Below, in pieces: positions 1 through 9,775 of a stretch of DNA of 64,000 nucleotides (the stretch's first letter is position 1; each line of letters begins with the position of its first letter). The position numbers and the translations under genes are program-made. The notes below the pieces were generated by a model, which saw nothing but the letters and a program-made list of their open reading frames with translations, did not search any database and was not told where the DNA came from. The stretch is from Pseudomonadota bacterium. Its GTDB lineage: Bacteria; Pseudomonadota; Gammaproteobacteria; Burkholderiales; Methylophilaceae. The stretch is taken from the NCBI GenBank assembly GCA_041172285.1, contig JBEDKJ010000021.1, forward strand, positions 5,093-69,092. Reading direction: 5' to 3'.

Positions 1-2
1 CT

Positions 3-668
3 GTGGCTATGTCTATTTATGGCAATAAGGTACCAGAAGTGCTGTTTGAGGGAGACGTTGGTTCGACTGCGGCCTTGGCCAGTTTGGATGTGGTGTTAGG
101 CAAGCAAAATCAAGATGTCACCACTGTCTTTGGGGACATCACCGAGAACGATCCCACACAGTACATTGGCAATCTTACGATTGCATCAAACGTAACAACG
201 TCAGGCGATCAAACCTATACGGCCAATACCATCAACATTGGTAAGGCATCGGCGACTTCGGCAACAATACCCAATACCATTAAAATGACCAGCACCACTG
301 GTAATGTTAAGTTTAGAACAGGAACAAACAGCGGAGTGCAAGGCATAGGCACAAATGCCGTGCTTGATGTATTGCATGGGGCGAACGGAACTGTCACAGG
401 GCTTAACGCACCCACTAATTTGGTCACTACAAACGGTATTTACAATGCGCCACCGCCTGAACCCGAAAGTGTTCAAAACGCCCCCAACGCCGGTTTCTTC
501 AATAACTTGATCAGCCAAAGTGTGGCACGCAACATAAACGATCAAGCCGTCGATGAGGTGGTCGAAGTGGGTGAGGTTGGCTTGCAAGAGGGCGGGGCGG
601 TGAAACGCTTGAAAGGTGATGACGCGGACTGTGGCAAAGTTAACCAAGACGAGTGTAAGGCTGAATAA
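3..668 (+). CDS. C-terminal fragment of a large secreted filamentous-haemagglutinin/TpsA-like exoprotein (5' end outside window)
   Basis: Frame open from the window edge. Thr/Asn/Gly-rich beta-strand-like segments (NVTTSGDQTYTANTINIG), Pro linker (APPPEPE), acidic tail with a Cys pair. Confidence 0.6.
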   Translation: MAMSIYGNKVPEVLFEGDVGSTAALASLDVVLGKQNQDVTTVFGDITENDPTQYIGNLTIASNVTTSGDQTYTANTINIGKASATSATIPNTIKMTSTTGNVKFRTGTNSGVQGIGTNAVLDVLHGANGTVTGLNAPTNLVTTNGIYNAPPPEPESVQNAPNAGFFNNLISQSVARNINDQAVDEVVEVGEVGLQEGGAVKRLKGDDADCGKVNQDECKAE

Positions 669-789
669 CTAAATCCACGCAGCAAGCTCGCTGTTACGGT
701 TTGGCGGGTAAATGATGCTTGAATCGGGTGTATTCATGGGCCAGCCATAAATTGGCTAGCCGCAACTTGCAAGTCCGGTATTAGAAGCC

Positions 790-1638
790 TTATTTTATCA
801 CCGCGTTTTTGGCCAGCTCTTCCACCAACACTTTACGTTTGGCGTCCATCAATCCTTTGATGACGTTGTTTTTGGCGTCTTCAAAGCTTGCCGGTTTGAA
901 TTTGCGTATGTCTTCAACTTTAAGGATGTGCCAGCCTAAATTGGTTTGCACTGGGTTGCTGACGCTGCCTTTCTTCAAGCTGAGGACTATGTCATCCAAG
1001 GGTTTCACGATCATGCTAGGCAACAACCAACCAAGCTTACCACCTTGCGCTGCTGAGGGTTTGTCTAGGGATTTGTCTTGCGCTAGGCGTTCGAATGACT
1101 CGTTGGCCTCCAGGCGCTTGCTAACCTCTTGCGCTTCTTGTTCGCTGCTTAAGAGAATTTGTGAAACGCTGTATTCGTTCGCGTTTCTGCCGCTTTTAGT
1201 GGATTCCAATTGGCGGTTGTATTCGTTACGCACGTCTTCTTCTTTGATTGGATTTTTCTTGAAGTAGTCAGCAAACCAAGCATCGACCAATACTTGCTGC
1301 TGCATTAATTTCGTTTGCGCTTTCACTTCCGGAAGCGCGTCCAATTTTTTCTTGCGTGCATCACCGGCCACTAATTCACGGGCAATCAATTCGTTTAAGA
1401 CCATTTTTTCTGCATCCGGGCCCACTTGTTGGCCTTGGGCTTGCAGGTTTTGCATGAAGTGATTGAGTTGCTCTTGGCTGATGGCCACGCCGTTGACGGT
1501 TTTGATGGCTTTGCTGGTATCGGCGTTGGCTTTGGGTTCCTTGCTGGCTTTTTCTGCGGCCATGCTTTGCGTGCTGACGGCGATGATGCATAAGCCGGCT
1601 AAGCATTTAATGAGGTGAGTAAAACGTGTGGTGGCCAT
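790..1638 (-). CDS. Exported parvulin (PpiC-type) peptidyl-prolyl cis-trans isomerase
   Basis: Signal peptide; VNGVAIS N-domain; parvulin motifs FERLAQDKSLD, GGKLGW, VSNPVQTNLGWHILKVED. Confidence 0.85.
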   Translation of the reverse strand: MATTRFTHLIKCLAGLCIIAVSTQSMAAEKASKEPKANADTSKAIKTVNGVAISQEQLNHFMQNLQAQGQQVGPDAEKMVLNELIARELVAGDARKKKLDALPEVKAQTKLMQQQVLVDAWFADYFKKNPIKEEDVRNEYNRQLESTKSGRNANEYSVSQILLSSEQEAQEVSKRLEANESFERLAQDKSLDKPSAAQGGKLGWLLPSMIVKPLDDIVLSLKKGSVSNPVQTNLGWHILKVEDIRKFKPASFEDAKNNVIKGLMDAKRKVLVEELAKNAVIK

Positions 1639-1776
1639 GGTTGTGTCCTTATGATTTATTTGCTTGGCATTATAAACTAAGGCTTGCTGCTTTGGTTTGG
1701 ATGCCTAAGGGGATCTTAGTGGGCCTATGCTGGTATAATTTTTCAAATCCACCCGATAGAAGCCTCTTGTATCCTC

Positions 1777-2934
1777 ATGCCTTTGACCTCAAAAAAAACC
1801 TACGACGTGGCTATTGTTGGCTCCGGCCCAGCCGGTGCGTTAGCGGCTTACGAACTGGCAAAAGCCGGTTTACGTTGTGTAGTCTTAGAGCGGGAATCCT
1901 TGCCTAGGTATAAAGTCTGCGGCGGTGGCCTCATTTATAAAGCCCGTAAAGCCCTAGACATCGACATCAGTGCAGCCATCGAAAGGGAGCTTTTTGTCAC
2001 TGAATTTTCCTTGTTTAAAACCGGCAAAACCTACACCACCCCAACGCAAGATGCCCCGATGGTGACCATGGTGATGCGCGATCAATTCGACTTTTTGTTG
2101 CTCAATGCGGCCCGTGACTTGGGTGCAGAATTGCTAAGCTCGTTTGACCTTAAGGCCATGACCATTAAACCCGACTGTGTTGAGTTGGCTGATGCGATGG
2201 GACGGTCGGTGGCAGCGCAATTTGTGGTCGGTGCGGATGGCGCTAGCAGTGCAGTGGCTAGACTAGGCGGCTGGTCAAAATCTGAAGCCGTGGCCCCTGC
2301 CTTGGAATGCGAATTGCAAGTCCATGCAGCGGACATGGCCAGGTTTTCTAGCACAGCGCGCTTCGATTTGGATATTCCAAAAGACGGCTACAGTTGGGTG
2401 TTTCCTAAAGGCCAGCATCTATCAGTCGGCGTGGGTCGGTTTTTTAAGGAAGAACGGACAAACTTGCATCAAACCTTGGAGACTTACCTCCAGCATTTGG
2501 GTTTGCAACATTACCAAGATAAAACCGTGCACGGTTTTGTTATTCCACTTAGCCCTAGAAAAGAAGGTGCAATAATGGGTAGGTTGTTCTTGGTGGGTGA
2601 TGCGGCTGGTTTCGCCGATCCAGTTTTGGGGGAGGGCTTGACGGCCGCCATACTAAGTGGGCAAGCGGTGGGACTAGCCATTGCCGCCGCCGGCTTGGAT
2701 TTGCTGAAAGCGCAAGCCAATTACCAAGCCTACGTGGACGATCAGGTGTTGGAGGATTTGGCTACCGCCCGAAGGTTGGCTAGTTTTTGCTACCAGTCGC
2801 CTAGTCTACGCAATTGGCTGATAGGTAAATCCAGTGATAGGCTAATAGCGGCCATGACACGGATTATTATGGGGCAAAGCAAATACCTAGATTACAAAAT
2901 GCGCTTTATGGATAAGATTAAGTTTTGGCATTAG
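1777..2934 (+). CDS. Geranylgeranyl reductase family FAD-dependent oxidoreductase
   Basis: GSGPAG FAD motif, PRYKVCGGG, RDQFD, GADGASS, GYSWVFPK, LVGDAAGFADPVLGEG. Confidence 0.85.
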   Translation: MPLTSKKTYDVAIVGSGPAGALAAYELAKAGLRCVVLERESLPRYKVCGGGLIYKARKALDIDISAAIERELFVTEFSLFKTGKTYTTPTQDAPMVTMVMRDQFDFLLLNAARDLGAELLSSFDLKAMTIKPDCVELADAMGRSVAAQFVVGADGASSAVARLGGWSKSEAVAPALECELQVHAADMARFSSTARFDLDIPKDGYSWVFPKGQHLSVGVGRFFKEERTNLHQTLETYLQHLGLQHYQDKTVHGFVIPLSPRKEGAIMGRLFLVGDAAGFADPVLGEGLTAAILSGQAVGLAIAAAGLDLLKAQANYQAYVDDQVLEDLATARRLASFCYQSPSLRNWLIGKSSDRLIAAMTRIIMGQSKYLDYKMRFMDKIKFWH

Positions 2935-2998
2935 AACCATCCAGGCCATTGTGCCCCGGCATTTATTTGCAAAGCTTGCGGTTATCTATCCTTAATTG

Positions 2999-3030
2999 AA
3001 AAAAGCCCCATTGCTGGGGCTTTTATTTTT
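2999..3030. terminator. Bidirectional Rho-independent terminator between the reductase gene and tRNA-Ser
   Basis: AAAAAAGCCCCA-TTGC-TGGGGCTTTTATTTTT: GC stem flanked by A and T tracts between convergent genes. Confidence 0.85.
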
Positions 3031-3124
3031 TGGCGGAGAGCGAGGGATTCGAACCCTCGATACAGATTTAAGCCCGTATGCTTCCTTAGCAGGGAAGTGC
3101 CTTCGACCACTCGGCCAGCTCTCC
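3031..3124 (-). tRNA. tRNA-Ser(GCT)
   Basis: Reverse complement GGAGAGC...CTTCC-CT-GCT-AA-GGAAG, long variable arm, GGTTCGAATCC, GCTCTCC-G-CCA. Confidence 0.97.
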
Positions 3125-3204
3125 GTTTTTAGCAATACTTATCAGCTTGCTGATTTTAGTATTGTTTACGCTAATACTACTTGGTGTTACCTAATCGAGG
3201 CGCG

Positions 3205-3233
3205 ATATTACTTGATTCGCGGCCAAAAATCAA
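3205..3233 (-). promoter_or_regulatory. Putative sigma70 promoter of tRNA-Ser
   Basis: TTGATT-17 nt-TAATAT followed by GC-rich discriminator CGCGCC on the minus strand. Confidence 0.55.
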
Positions 3234-3265
3234 TTTTATATTCCTAGGCAAACGCCCAGCAATGC

Positions 3266-4492
3266 TTACTTGCCTTCTAATTCAAATGCCTTGTGTAAGA
3301 CGCGAACGGCCAGTTCCAAGTATTTCTCGTCCACCACCACGGCTATCTTGATTTCTGAGGTGGAGATCATTTGAATGTTGATGCCTTCTTCGGCCAAGGT
3401 GCGGAACATCTGACTGGCAATGCCCACGTGTGAGCGCATGCCCACGCCGACCACGGACACTTTAGCAATCTTGTCGTCGCCACTGATTTCACGGGCACCG
3501 ATGTGGGCTTGGACTTTGTCGTTCAAAATGGCCAAGGCCTTGTTCATTTCGTTTTTGTGCACGGTGAAGGTGAAGTCGGTTGCCCCATCGGCACCGGTGT
3601 TTTGGATGATCATGTCGACATCAATGTTGGCATCGGCAATCGGACCCAAGATTTGGTAAGCAATGCCCGGTTTGTCCGGTACGCCTAGCACGGTGATTTT
3701 CGCTTCATCGCGGTTAAAGGCAATGCCTGAGATGATGGGTTGTTCCATGTTGTCTTCTTCCTCAAATGTGATCAGTGTGCCGTCGCCCTCTTCTTCGAAG
3801 CTCGATAGCACACGCAATTTAACTTTGTATTTACCGGCAAATTCGACGGAGCGGATTTGCAATACTTTAGAACCTTGGCTGGCTAACTCCAGCATTTCTT
3901 CAAAGGTGATTGAGTTTAAACGGCGCGCTTCAGGCACCACGCGTGGGTCGGTGGTGTAGACGCCGTCTACGTCGGTGTAGATTTGGCATTCGTCCGCACC
4001 CAAGGCCGCAGCCAGCGCGACGCCTGTGGTGTCTGAGCCGCCACGACCTAAGGTAGTGATGTTGCCTTGCGCGTCCACGCCTTGGAAACCTGCTACCACG
4101 CATACGAAACCGGCGTCCAAGTCGGCTTTTAGGTTGACTTGATCGATGTTAAGAATTCGCGCTTTGGTGTAAGCGTCGTCGGTTAAAATTTTCACCTGAG
4201 CGCCGGTGTAGCTTTTGGCTTTGATGCCCAACTCAATCAAGGCCAGTGCAGTCATGCCTACCGTTACTTGCTCACCGGTGGAAACGATCATGTCCAGCTC
4301 GCGCGGATCCGGCTCGGCCATTAATTCTTTTGCGAGGCTGATGAGTTTGTTGGTTTCGCCTGACATGGCGGACACCACCACGACCACTTGGTGGCCCATG
4401 GCTTTGTAACGCGCGACGCGTCTGGCCACATTGCGAATGCGATCTGGGTTGGCAACCGAGGTGCCGCCGTATTTTTGTACTATAAGTGCCAT
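3266..4492 (-). CDS. lysC: Aspartate kinase (alpha subunit; probable nested beta subunit from 3748)
   Basis: [37 protein letters not shown], two C-terminal ACT domains. Confidence 0.97.
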   Translation of the reverse strand: MALIVQKYGGTSVANPDRIRNVARRVARYKAMGHQVVVVVSAMSGETNKLISLAKELMAEPDPRELDMIVSTGEQVTVGMTALALIELGIKAKSYTGAQVKILTDDAYTKARILNIDQVNLKADLDAGFVCVVAGFQGVDAQGNITTLGRGGSDTTGVALAAALGADECQIYTDVDGVYTTDPRVVPEARRLNSITFEEMLELASQGSKVLQIRSVEFAGKYKVKLRVLSSFEEEGDGTLITFEEEDNMEQPIISGIAFNRDEAKITVLGVPDKPGIAYQILGPIADANIDVDMIIQNTGADGATDFTFTVHKNEMNKALAILNDKVQAHIGAREISGDDKIAKVSVVGVGMRSHVGIASQMFRTLAEEGINIQMISTSEIKIAVVVDEKYLELAVRVLHKAFELEGK

Positions 4493-4517
4493 TTACTGCT
4501 TCCTAAATAAACTGCGT

Positions 4518-7166
4518 TTACTGTGTTTTCTCGTTTACCCATGCCGCAACGCTGGCTAGGGCTTTTGGCAAGGCGCTGGCATCGGTGCCGCCGGCCATGG
4601 CCATATCGGGTTTGCCGCCGCCTTTGCCGCCAACTTGTTGGGCGACGTGGTTGACTAAATCGCCGGCTTTTAGTTTGCCAATTAAATCGGCCGTGACGCC
4701 TGCCGCTAGGCTGACTTTGCCGTCATTGACGCTGGCCAACACGATGGCCGCCGATTTTAGTTTGTCTTTCAGCTTGTCCATGGTCTCGCGCAGTGCATTG
4801 GCATCCGCGCCTTCAAGGTTAACTGCTAAGATCTTCACGCCGTTGATGTCGCTGGCCTGGCCGACTAAATCGTCGCCTTGGCTGGCAGCCAATTTGGATT
4901 TCAATCTGGCCAATTCTTTTTCTAAGGCTTTGGCGTGTTCACTCAATTGCGCGACTTTGTTCGTCACCTCGCTGATAGGCGCTTTGAGCTCGTGGGCCAA
5001 TTGCGCGATTAGGGCTTGTTGGCCGTTGATTAAGCGCAGCGCGCCGTGGCCGGTGGTGGCCTCCACGCGCCTAATGCCTGCTGCCACGCCGGATTCGCCG
5101 GTGATTTTAAATAAACCGATGTCGCCGGTGCGGTTCACGTGGGTGCCGCCGCATAATTCGCGTGAGCTGCCGATGTCTAGCACGCGCACTTCGTCGCCGT
5201 ATTTTTCACCAAACAGCATCATGGCGCCGGTTTTTTGCGCGGACTCGATGTCCATGACGCGCGCTTGGCACTCGGCATTGGCTAAAATTTCGGCATTGAC
5301 TATGGCCTCCACCTGCGCAATTTCTTGCTCGGTCATGGGGGCGTTGTGGACAAAGTCAAAGCGGGTTTTGTCCGCGTCCACCAAAGAGCCTTTTTGTTGC
5401 ACGTGGCCACCTAATACTTCACGCAAGGCCTTGTGCATTAAGTGCGTGGCCGAATGGTTACGCATGATGTTGTTGCGGGCCGTTAAATCGACCGTGGCTT
5501 TTAGCTTGTCACCGACCTTGAGGCTGCCGGTTTTTAACACGCCGTGATGGCCAAACACCGCGGCTTGGATTTTTTGCGTGTCTTCCACGGCAAAAATACC
5601 TTGCTCGCTTTTCAGCAAACCGGTGTCGCCCACTTGGCCGCCGGATTCGGCATAGAAGGGCGTGCTGTCTAAGACCACCACGCCTTGCTCGCCTTCGTTT
5701 AATTGCGGCACGGCGCTGCCGTCTTTGTATAAGGCCAAGACCTTTGCTTGCGTTTCTAAACTAACGTAGCCTTTGAATTCGGAATTGGCCCCGCTGTAGT
5801 CTAAGTTGGTGGCCATTTTAAATTTGCCGGCTGAGCGCGCTTGTTCTTTTTGACGGCTCATGGCGGCGTCAAAGGCAGCGCTGTCTACCGCCACATTGCG
5901 CTCGCGGCAAATGTCGGCGGTTAGGTCTAGAGGGAAACCAAAGGTGTCATGCAGTTTAAAGGCAAGGTCACCGTTAAAGGTGCCGTTGCCAGCCTTAGCC
6001 ATGCTGGCCAATTCCGTCTCTAAAATTTCCATGCCGTTTTCTATGGTTTCAAAGAAACGGTCTTCTTCCAATTTGAGCGTGCTGGTGATGCGGGCTTGCT
6101 CGGTTTTTAGTTCCTGGTAAGCGTCGCCCATTTCCTTGACTAGGTCGGCCACCAAGCTGTGGAAGAAGGCACTGCGTGCGCCTAATTTGTAACCGTGGCG
6201 GATGGCGCGGCGCACGATGCGGCGCAGCACGTAACCACGGCCTTCGTTGCCTGGAATGACGCCGTCGGCAATCAAGAAGGAGCAGGCGCGGATGTGGTCG
6301 GCCAGCACTTTCAAGCTGGGGCTGTCGAGGTCGGTGGTCTTGGTCGCTTTGGCGGCTGCAGCGATCAAGCCCTGGAATAAATCGATTTCGTAATTGGCGT
6401 GCACGTGCTGCAATACCGCAGCCAAACGCTCCAAGCCCATGCCGGTATCGACACTGGGTTTTGGCAGCGGGTGCATGACACCGGCTTCGTCGCGGTTAAA
6501 TTGCATGAAGACGTTATTCCAAATCTCGATGTAGCGGTCGCCGTCTTCGTCGGGGCTGCCCGGTGGGCCACCAAAATGGTGGTCGCCGTGGTCGTAGAAA
6601 ATCTCCGTGCAAGGGCCGCAAGGGCCGGTGTCACCCATCATCCAGAAATTGTCTGAGGCGTAACGCGCGCCTTTGTTGTCGCCTATGCGCACGATGCGGT
6701 TGGCCGGCACGCCGATGTCGTTTAGCCAGATCGCGTAGGATTCTTCGTCCTCGGCATAAACGGTGACAGTGAGTTTGTCTTTTGGCAGTTTGAATACTTC
6801 GGTGAGCAATTCCCAGGCGTAGCTGATGGCTTCTTTTTTGAAGTAATCGCCAAAGCTGAAGTTGCCCAACATTTCAAAGAAAGTATGGTGGCGCGCGGTA
6901 TAGCCGACGTTTTCTAGGTCGTTGTGTTTGCCGCCGGCGCGCACGCATTTTTGGCTGGTGGTGGCACGCGTGTAGCTGCGTTTATCAAAGCCCAAGAACA
7001 CGTCTTTGAATTGGTTCATGCCGGCGTTGGTGAACAGCAAGGTTGGATCGCCATGTGGCACCAATGAGCTGGACGAAACCACTTGGTGGCCTTTTTCGAC
7101 AAAGAAGGCTAGAAAGGCAGAACGGATTTCATTGCTGCTGGGTTGGCTGCTGAGTTTAATGGTCAT
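4518..7166 (-). CDS. alaS: Alanine--tRNA ligase
   Basis: [30 protein letters not shown], editing-domain HSATH and ELCGGTH, C-terminal GGKGGG. Confidence 0.99.
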   Translation of the reverse strand: MTIKLSSQPSSNEIRSAFLAFFVEKGHQVVSSSSLVPHGDPTLLFTNAGMNQFKDVFLGFDKRSYTRATTSQKCVRAGGKHNDLENVGYTARHHTFFEMLGNFSFGDYFKKEAISYAWELLTEVFKLPKDKLTVTVYAEDEESYAIWLNDIGVPANRIVRIGDNKGARYASDNFWMMGDTGPCGPCTEIFYDHGDHHFGGPPGSPDEDGDRYIEIWNNVFMQFNRDEAGVMHPLPKPSVDTGMGLERLAAVLQHVHANYEIDLFQGLIAAAAKATKTTDLDSPSLKVLADHIRACSFLIADGVIPGNEGRGYVLRRIVRRAIRHGYKLGARSAFFHSLVADLVKEMGDAYQELKTEQARITSTLKLEEDRFFETIENGMEILETELASMAKAGNGTFNGDLAFKLHDTFGFPLDLTADICRERNVAVDSAAFDAAMSRQKEQARSAGKFKMATNLDYSGANSEFKGYVSLETQAKVLALYKDGSAVPQLNEGEQGVVVLDSTPFYAESGGQVGDTGLLKSEQGIFAVEDTQKIQAAVFGHHGVLKTGSLKVGDKLKATVDLTARNNIMRNHSATHLMHKALREVLGGHVQQKGSLVDADKTRFDFVHNAPMTEQEIAQVEAIVNAEILANAECQARVMDIESAQKTGAMMLFGEKYGDEVRVLDIGSSRELCGGTHVNRTGDIGLFKITGESGVAAGIRRVEATTGHGALRLINGQQALIAQLAHELKAPISEVTNKVAQLSEHAKALEKELARLKSKLAASQGDDLVGQASDINGVKILAVNLEGADANALRETMDKLKDKLKSAAIVLASVNDGKVSLAAGVTADLIGKLKAGDLVNHVAQQVGGKGGGKPDMAMAGGTDASALPKALASVAAWVNEKTQ

Positions 7167-7206
7167 AGTTTTACTGTGTGACTGCGTTTCTTATGTAAAA
7201 GCCAGT

Positions 7207-7647
7207 CTAACTGGCTGGCTCGTCGTTCGTTATGCTGCTCAATACTTTTTTAATCACATCAAAGCTGAAGCCGCGGCTTTGTAAAAACCGGGCTTGCTTG
7301 GCCCATTCTTCACGGCTGCTTGGCGCCCCTCGGTATTTCTTCAAGCACACGGCTTTGGCATTTTCCAGTTCGTGGGCTTTTATTTCTTCCACGGCACCGG
7401 CTATTAAGTCTTCGGCTATGCCTTTTTCACGCAGCTCACTGGCGACTTTGGCGCTGCCGTAGCGCACTTTTCTGGCGTGCACCAATTGCTCGGTAAACCT
7501 CGCGTCGCTTAACCAGCCGCGCTTTTTAAAATCATCCAATATGGCCGGAATGTCGTCCGACTCTTCGGCATAAGCCTTTAGTTTTTGCGCCAATTCAACA
7601 TAAGAATACTCGCGTTTACCCAAGTAATCCAAGGCGCGCTGGCGCAA
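7207..7647 (-). CDS. recX: Recombination regulator RecX
   Basis: Directly downstream of recA; RALDYLGKREYS, WLSDARF, RFLQSRGF. Start uncertain (TTG). Confidence 0.92.
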   Translation of the reverse strand: MRQRALDYLGKREYSYVELAQKLKAYAEESDDIPAILDDFKKRGWLSDARFTEQLVHARKVRYGSAKVASELREKGIAEDLIAGAVEEIKAHELENAKAVCLKKYRGAPSSREEWAKQARFLQSRGFSFDVIKKVLSSITNDEPAS

Positions 7648-7694
7648 ACTTTTAGCTTGGTAGACGATGGCTGACCCCGCTTAAGGCTGTGCTG

Positions 7695-8729
7695 CTAGTC
7701 TTCTTCGGCTTCCGCGCGAACGGCCGGCATGGCGTCGGCAATTTCTTTCATGTTGGCGCGAATTTTTGCATCGATTTCATTGGCAATCGCTGGGTTGGCT
7801 TTCAAGAAGTCACGCGAATTGTCTTTGCCTTGGCCGATTTTTTCACCGTTGTAGCTGTACCATGCGCCGGCCTTTTCCACGAACTTGGCGTTCACGCCCA
7901 ATTCGATGATTTCGCCTTCGCGGGAAATGCCTTCGCCGTACAAGATGTCAAATTCAGCTTGTTTGAACGGAGGCGCTACTTTGTTTTTGATAACTTTGAC
8001 GCGGGTTTCAGAGCCGATGACTTCGTCACCTTTTTTGATGGCACCGGTACGGCGTATGTCTAAACGCACGGAGGCATAGAATTTAAGGGCGTTACCGCCG
8101 GTGGTTGTTTCTGGGTTACCAAACATCACGCCTATCTTCATGCGGATTTGGTTAATGAAGATGACCAAGGTGTTGGTGCGTTTGATGTTGCCGGTTAGTT
8201 TACGCAAGGCTTGGCTCATTAAGCGGGCTTGCAAGCCCATGTGTGAATCACCCATTTCGCCTTCAATTTCCGCGCGTGGCGTTAGGGCGGCGACCGAGTC
8301 CACCACCACGATGTCGACTGAGCCTGAGCGCACCAACATGTCGACAATTTCTAAGGCTTGTTCGCCGGTGTCCGGTTGGGAGATCAATAAGTCCGGAACG
8401 TTGACGCCTAGTTTGGCGGCGTATTGCGGATCTAAGGCATGCTCGGCATCGATAAAGGCGGCCGTGCCACCCATTTTTTGCATTTGCGCAATCACTGACA
8501 GCGTCAGCGTGGTTTTACCGGACGATTCCGGACCGTAAATTTCCACCACACGGCCGCGCGGTAAACCGCCTATGCCTAAGGCAATGTCCAGGCCCAATGA
8601 GCCGGTGGAAACCGATTGGACGTCTTCGCCTATGCTGCCATCACCCATACGCATGATGGACCCTTTGCCGAATTGCTTTTCAATCTGCGCTAATGCGGCG
8701 GCAAGTGCTTTGCTTTTGTTGTCATCCAT
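7695..8729 (-). CDS. recA: Recombinase RecA
   Basis: GPESSGKTT Walker [28 protein letters not shown]. Confidence 0.99.
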   Translation of the reverse strand: MDDNKSKALAAALAQIEKQFGKGSIMRMGDGSIGEDVQSVSTGSLGLDIALGIGGLPRGRVVEIYGPESSGKTTLTLSVIAQMQKMGGTAAFIDAEHALDPQYAAKLGVNVPDLLISQPDTGEQALEIVDMLVRSGSVDIVVVDSVAALTPRAEIEGEMGDSHMGLQARLMSQALRKLTGNIKRTNTLVIFINQIRMKIGVMFGNPETTTGGNALKFYASVRLDIRRTGAIKKGDEVIGSETRVKVIKNKVAPPFKQAEFDILYGEGISREGEIIELGVNAKFVEKAGAWYSYNGEKIGQGKDNSRDFLKANPAIANEIDAKIRANMKEIADAMPAVRAEAEED

Positions 8730-8787
8730 GGTGTTTTGCCTCTGAGTTTTATGTGGTTTTGATTGCGTTTAACAGCCTGTAATTATT

Positions 8788-9291
8788 TCATAAATCAAGG
8801 CTTAAGGTAAGTGCAATCAGCCCTTCAATTAGGGTTTTTGCCGATTGCTGGCGAATTTCTTGGCGACTGCCGATAAAGTGCGCAGTCGTGCTACGCGGGG
8901 CTTGATTTTGACCTAACCAGGCAAAGCAAACCGTGCCTACCGGTTTGGTGGGTGTGCCACCACCGGGGCCGGCAATGCCGGTGACGGCGGCGCTTATTTG
9001 GCTGCCACTTATTGCCATCACGCCGCTGGCCATTTCCACGGCGGTTTGTTCGCTGACGGCACCAAACTTTTCCAAGGTGTCGCTGGCTACTTTGAGCAGG
9101 TTTGCTTTACTGGCGTTGCTGTAACTGACAACCGCGCATTCAAACCAGGCCGAGCTGCCGGCCACGCGCGTGATGATTTCCGCACCCAGGCCACCGGTGC
9201 AAGATTCAGCCAAGCTTAAGGTTAAGCCGCGGGCGAGAAGTAAACTGCCGAGTTGCTCGGCCAGTAGGCTTAAGTCATTAGGCACTGACAT
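8788..9291 (-). CDS. pncC: CinA C-terminal domain protein / NMN deamidase (PncC-like)
   Basis: AESCTGG, GAVSEQTA, TGIAGPGGG, KPVGTV; upstream of recA. Confidence 0.88.
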   Translation of the reverse strand: MSVPNDLSLLAEQLGSLLLARGLTLSLAESCTGGLGAEIITRVAGSSAWFECAVVSYSNASKANLLKVASDTLEKFGAVSEQTAVEMASGVMAISGSQISAAVTGIAGPGGGTPTKPVGTVCFAWLGQNQAPRSTTAHFIGSRQEIRQQSAKTLIEGLIALTLSLDL

Positions 9292-9775
9292 GGCTAATCT
9301 GCATTAATAATTGCACGCTCAGCATGGCGTAAACGGCGGCCAGTAAATCATCCAGCATCACGCCTAAGCCATTCTTAAATCGCCTATCCAGTTGGCGTAT
9401 CGGGTAGGGTTTCCATATGTCGAATAAGCGGAACAGCAAAAAGGCCGTTAGCGTCCAATGCCATTCATTTGGCGTAACGGTTAACACCAACATCATGGCG
9501 ACAATTTCGTCCCAAACGATGCTGCCGTGATCGGGCACGCCCAGCGCGTCACCGGTGACTTGGCAGAAGTAGATGCCGAGCAGGAATAGGGCAGCGATGA
9601 TGATGAATTGCGTGCTCAAGGCGTAGACGGAAATCAGCCAGAAAAACGGCAAGCCGACCAAGCTGCCAAAGGTGCCCGGCGCTTTGGCAGCCAAGCCACT
9701 ACCGAGGCCTAAAGCAAAAAAGTGCGCCGGGTGCTGCAAGAGCATGCTCACGTTCGGTTTATTTGAAGTGGTCAA
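9278..9775 (-). CDS. pgpA: Phosphatidylglycerophosphatase A
   Basis: APGTFGS, DHGSIVWDE, FRLFDIWKP, GVMLDD. TTG start 7 nt after AAGGAG; follows thiL. Confidence 0.93.
   Translation of the reverse strand: MTTSNKPNVSMLLQHPAHFFALGLGSGLAAKAPGTFGSLVGLPFFWLISVYALSTQFIIIAALFLLGIYFCQVTGDALGVPDHGSIVWDEIVAMMLVLTVTPNEWHWTLTAFLLFRLFDIWKPYPIRQLDRRFKNGLGVMLDDLLAAVYAMLSVQLLMQISHVSA

Noticed and set aside
2996-3247. 83-aa ORF
   Set aside because: Runs antisense across tRNA-Ser and its terminator; spurious.
4585-5547. 320-aa plus-strand ORF
   Set aside because: Antisense shadow of alaS with no recognisable motifs.
8730-8787. Possible LexA box upstream of recA
   Set aside because: CTGT is present but there is no CTGT-N8-ACAG dyad, and recA appears embedded in a longer operon.
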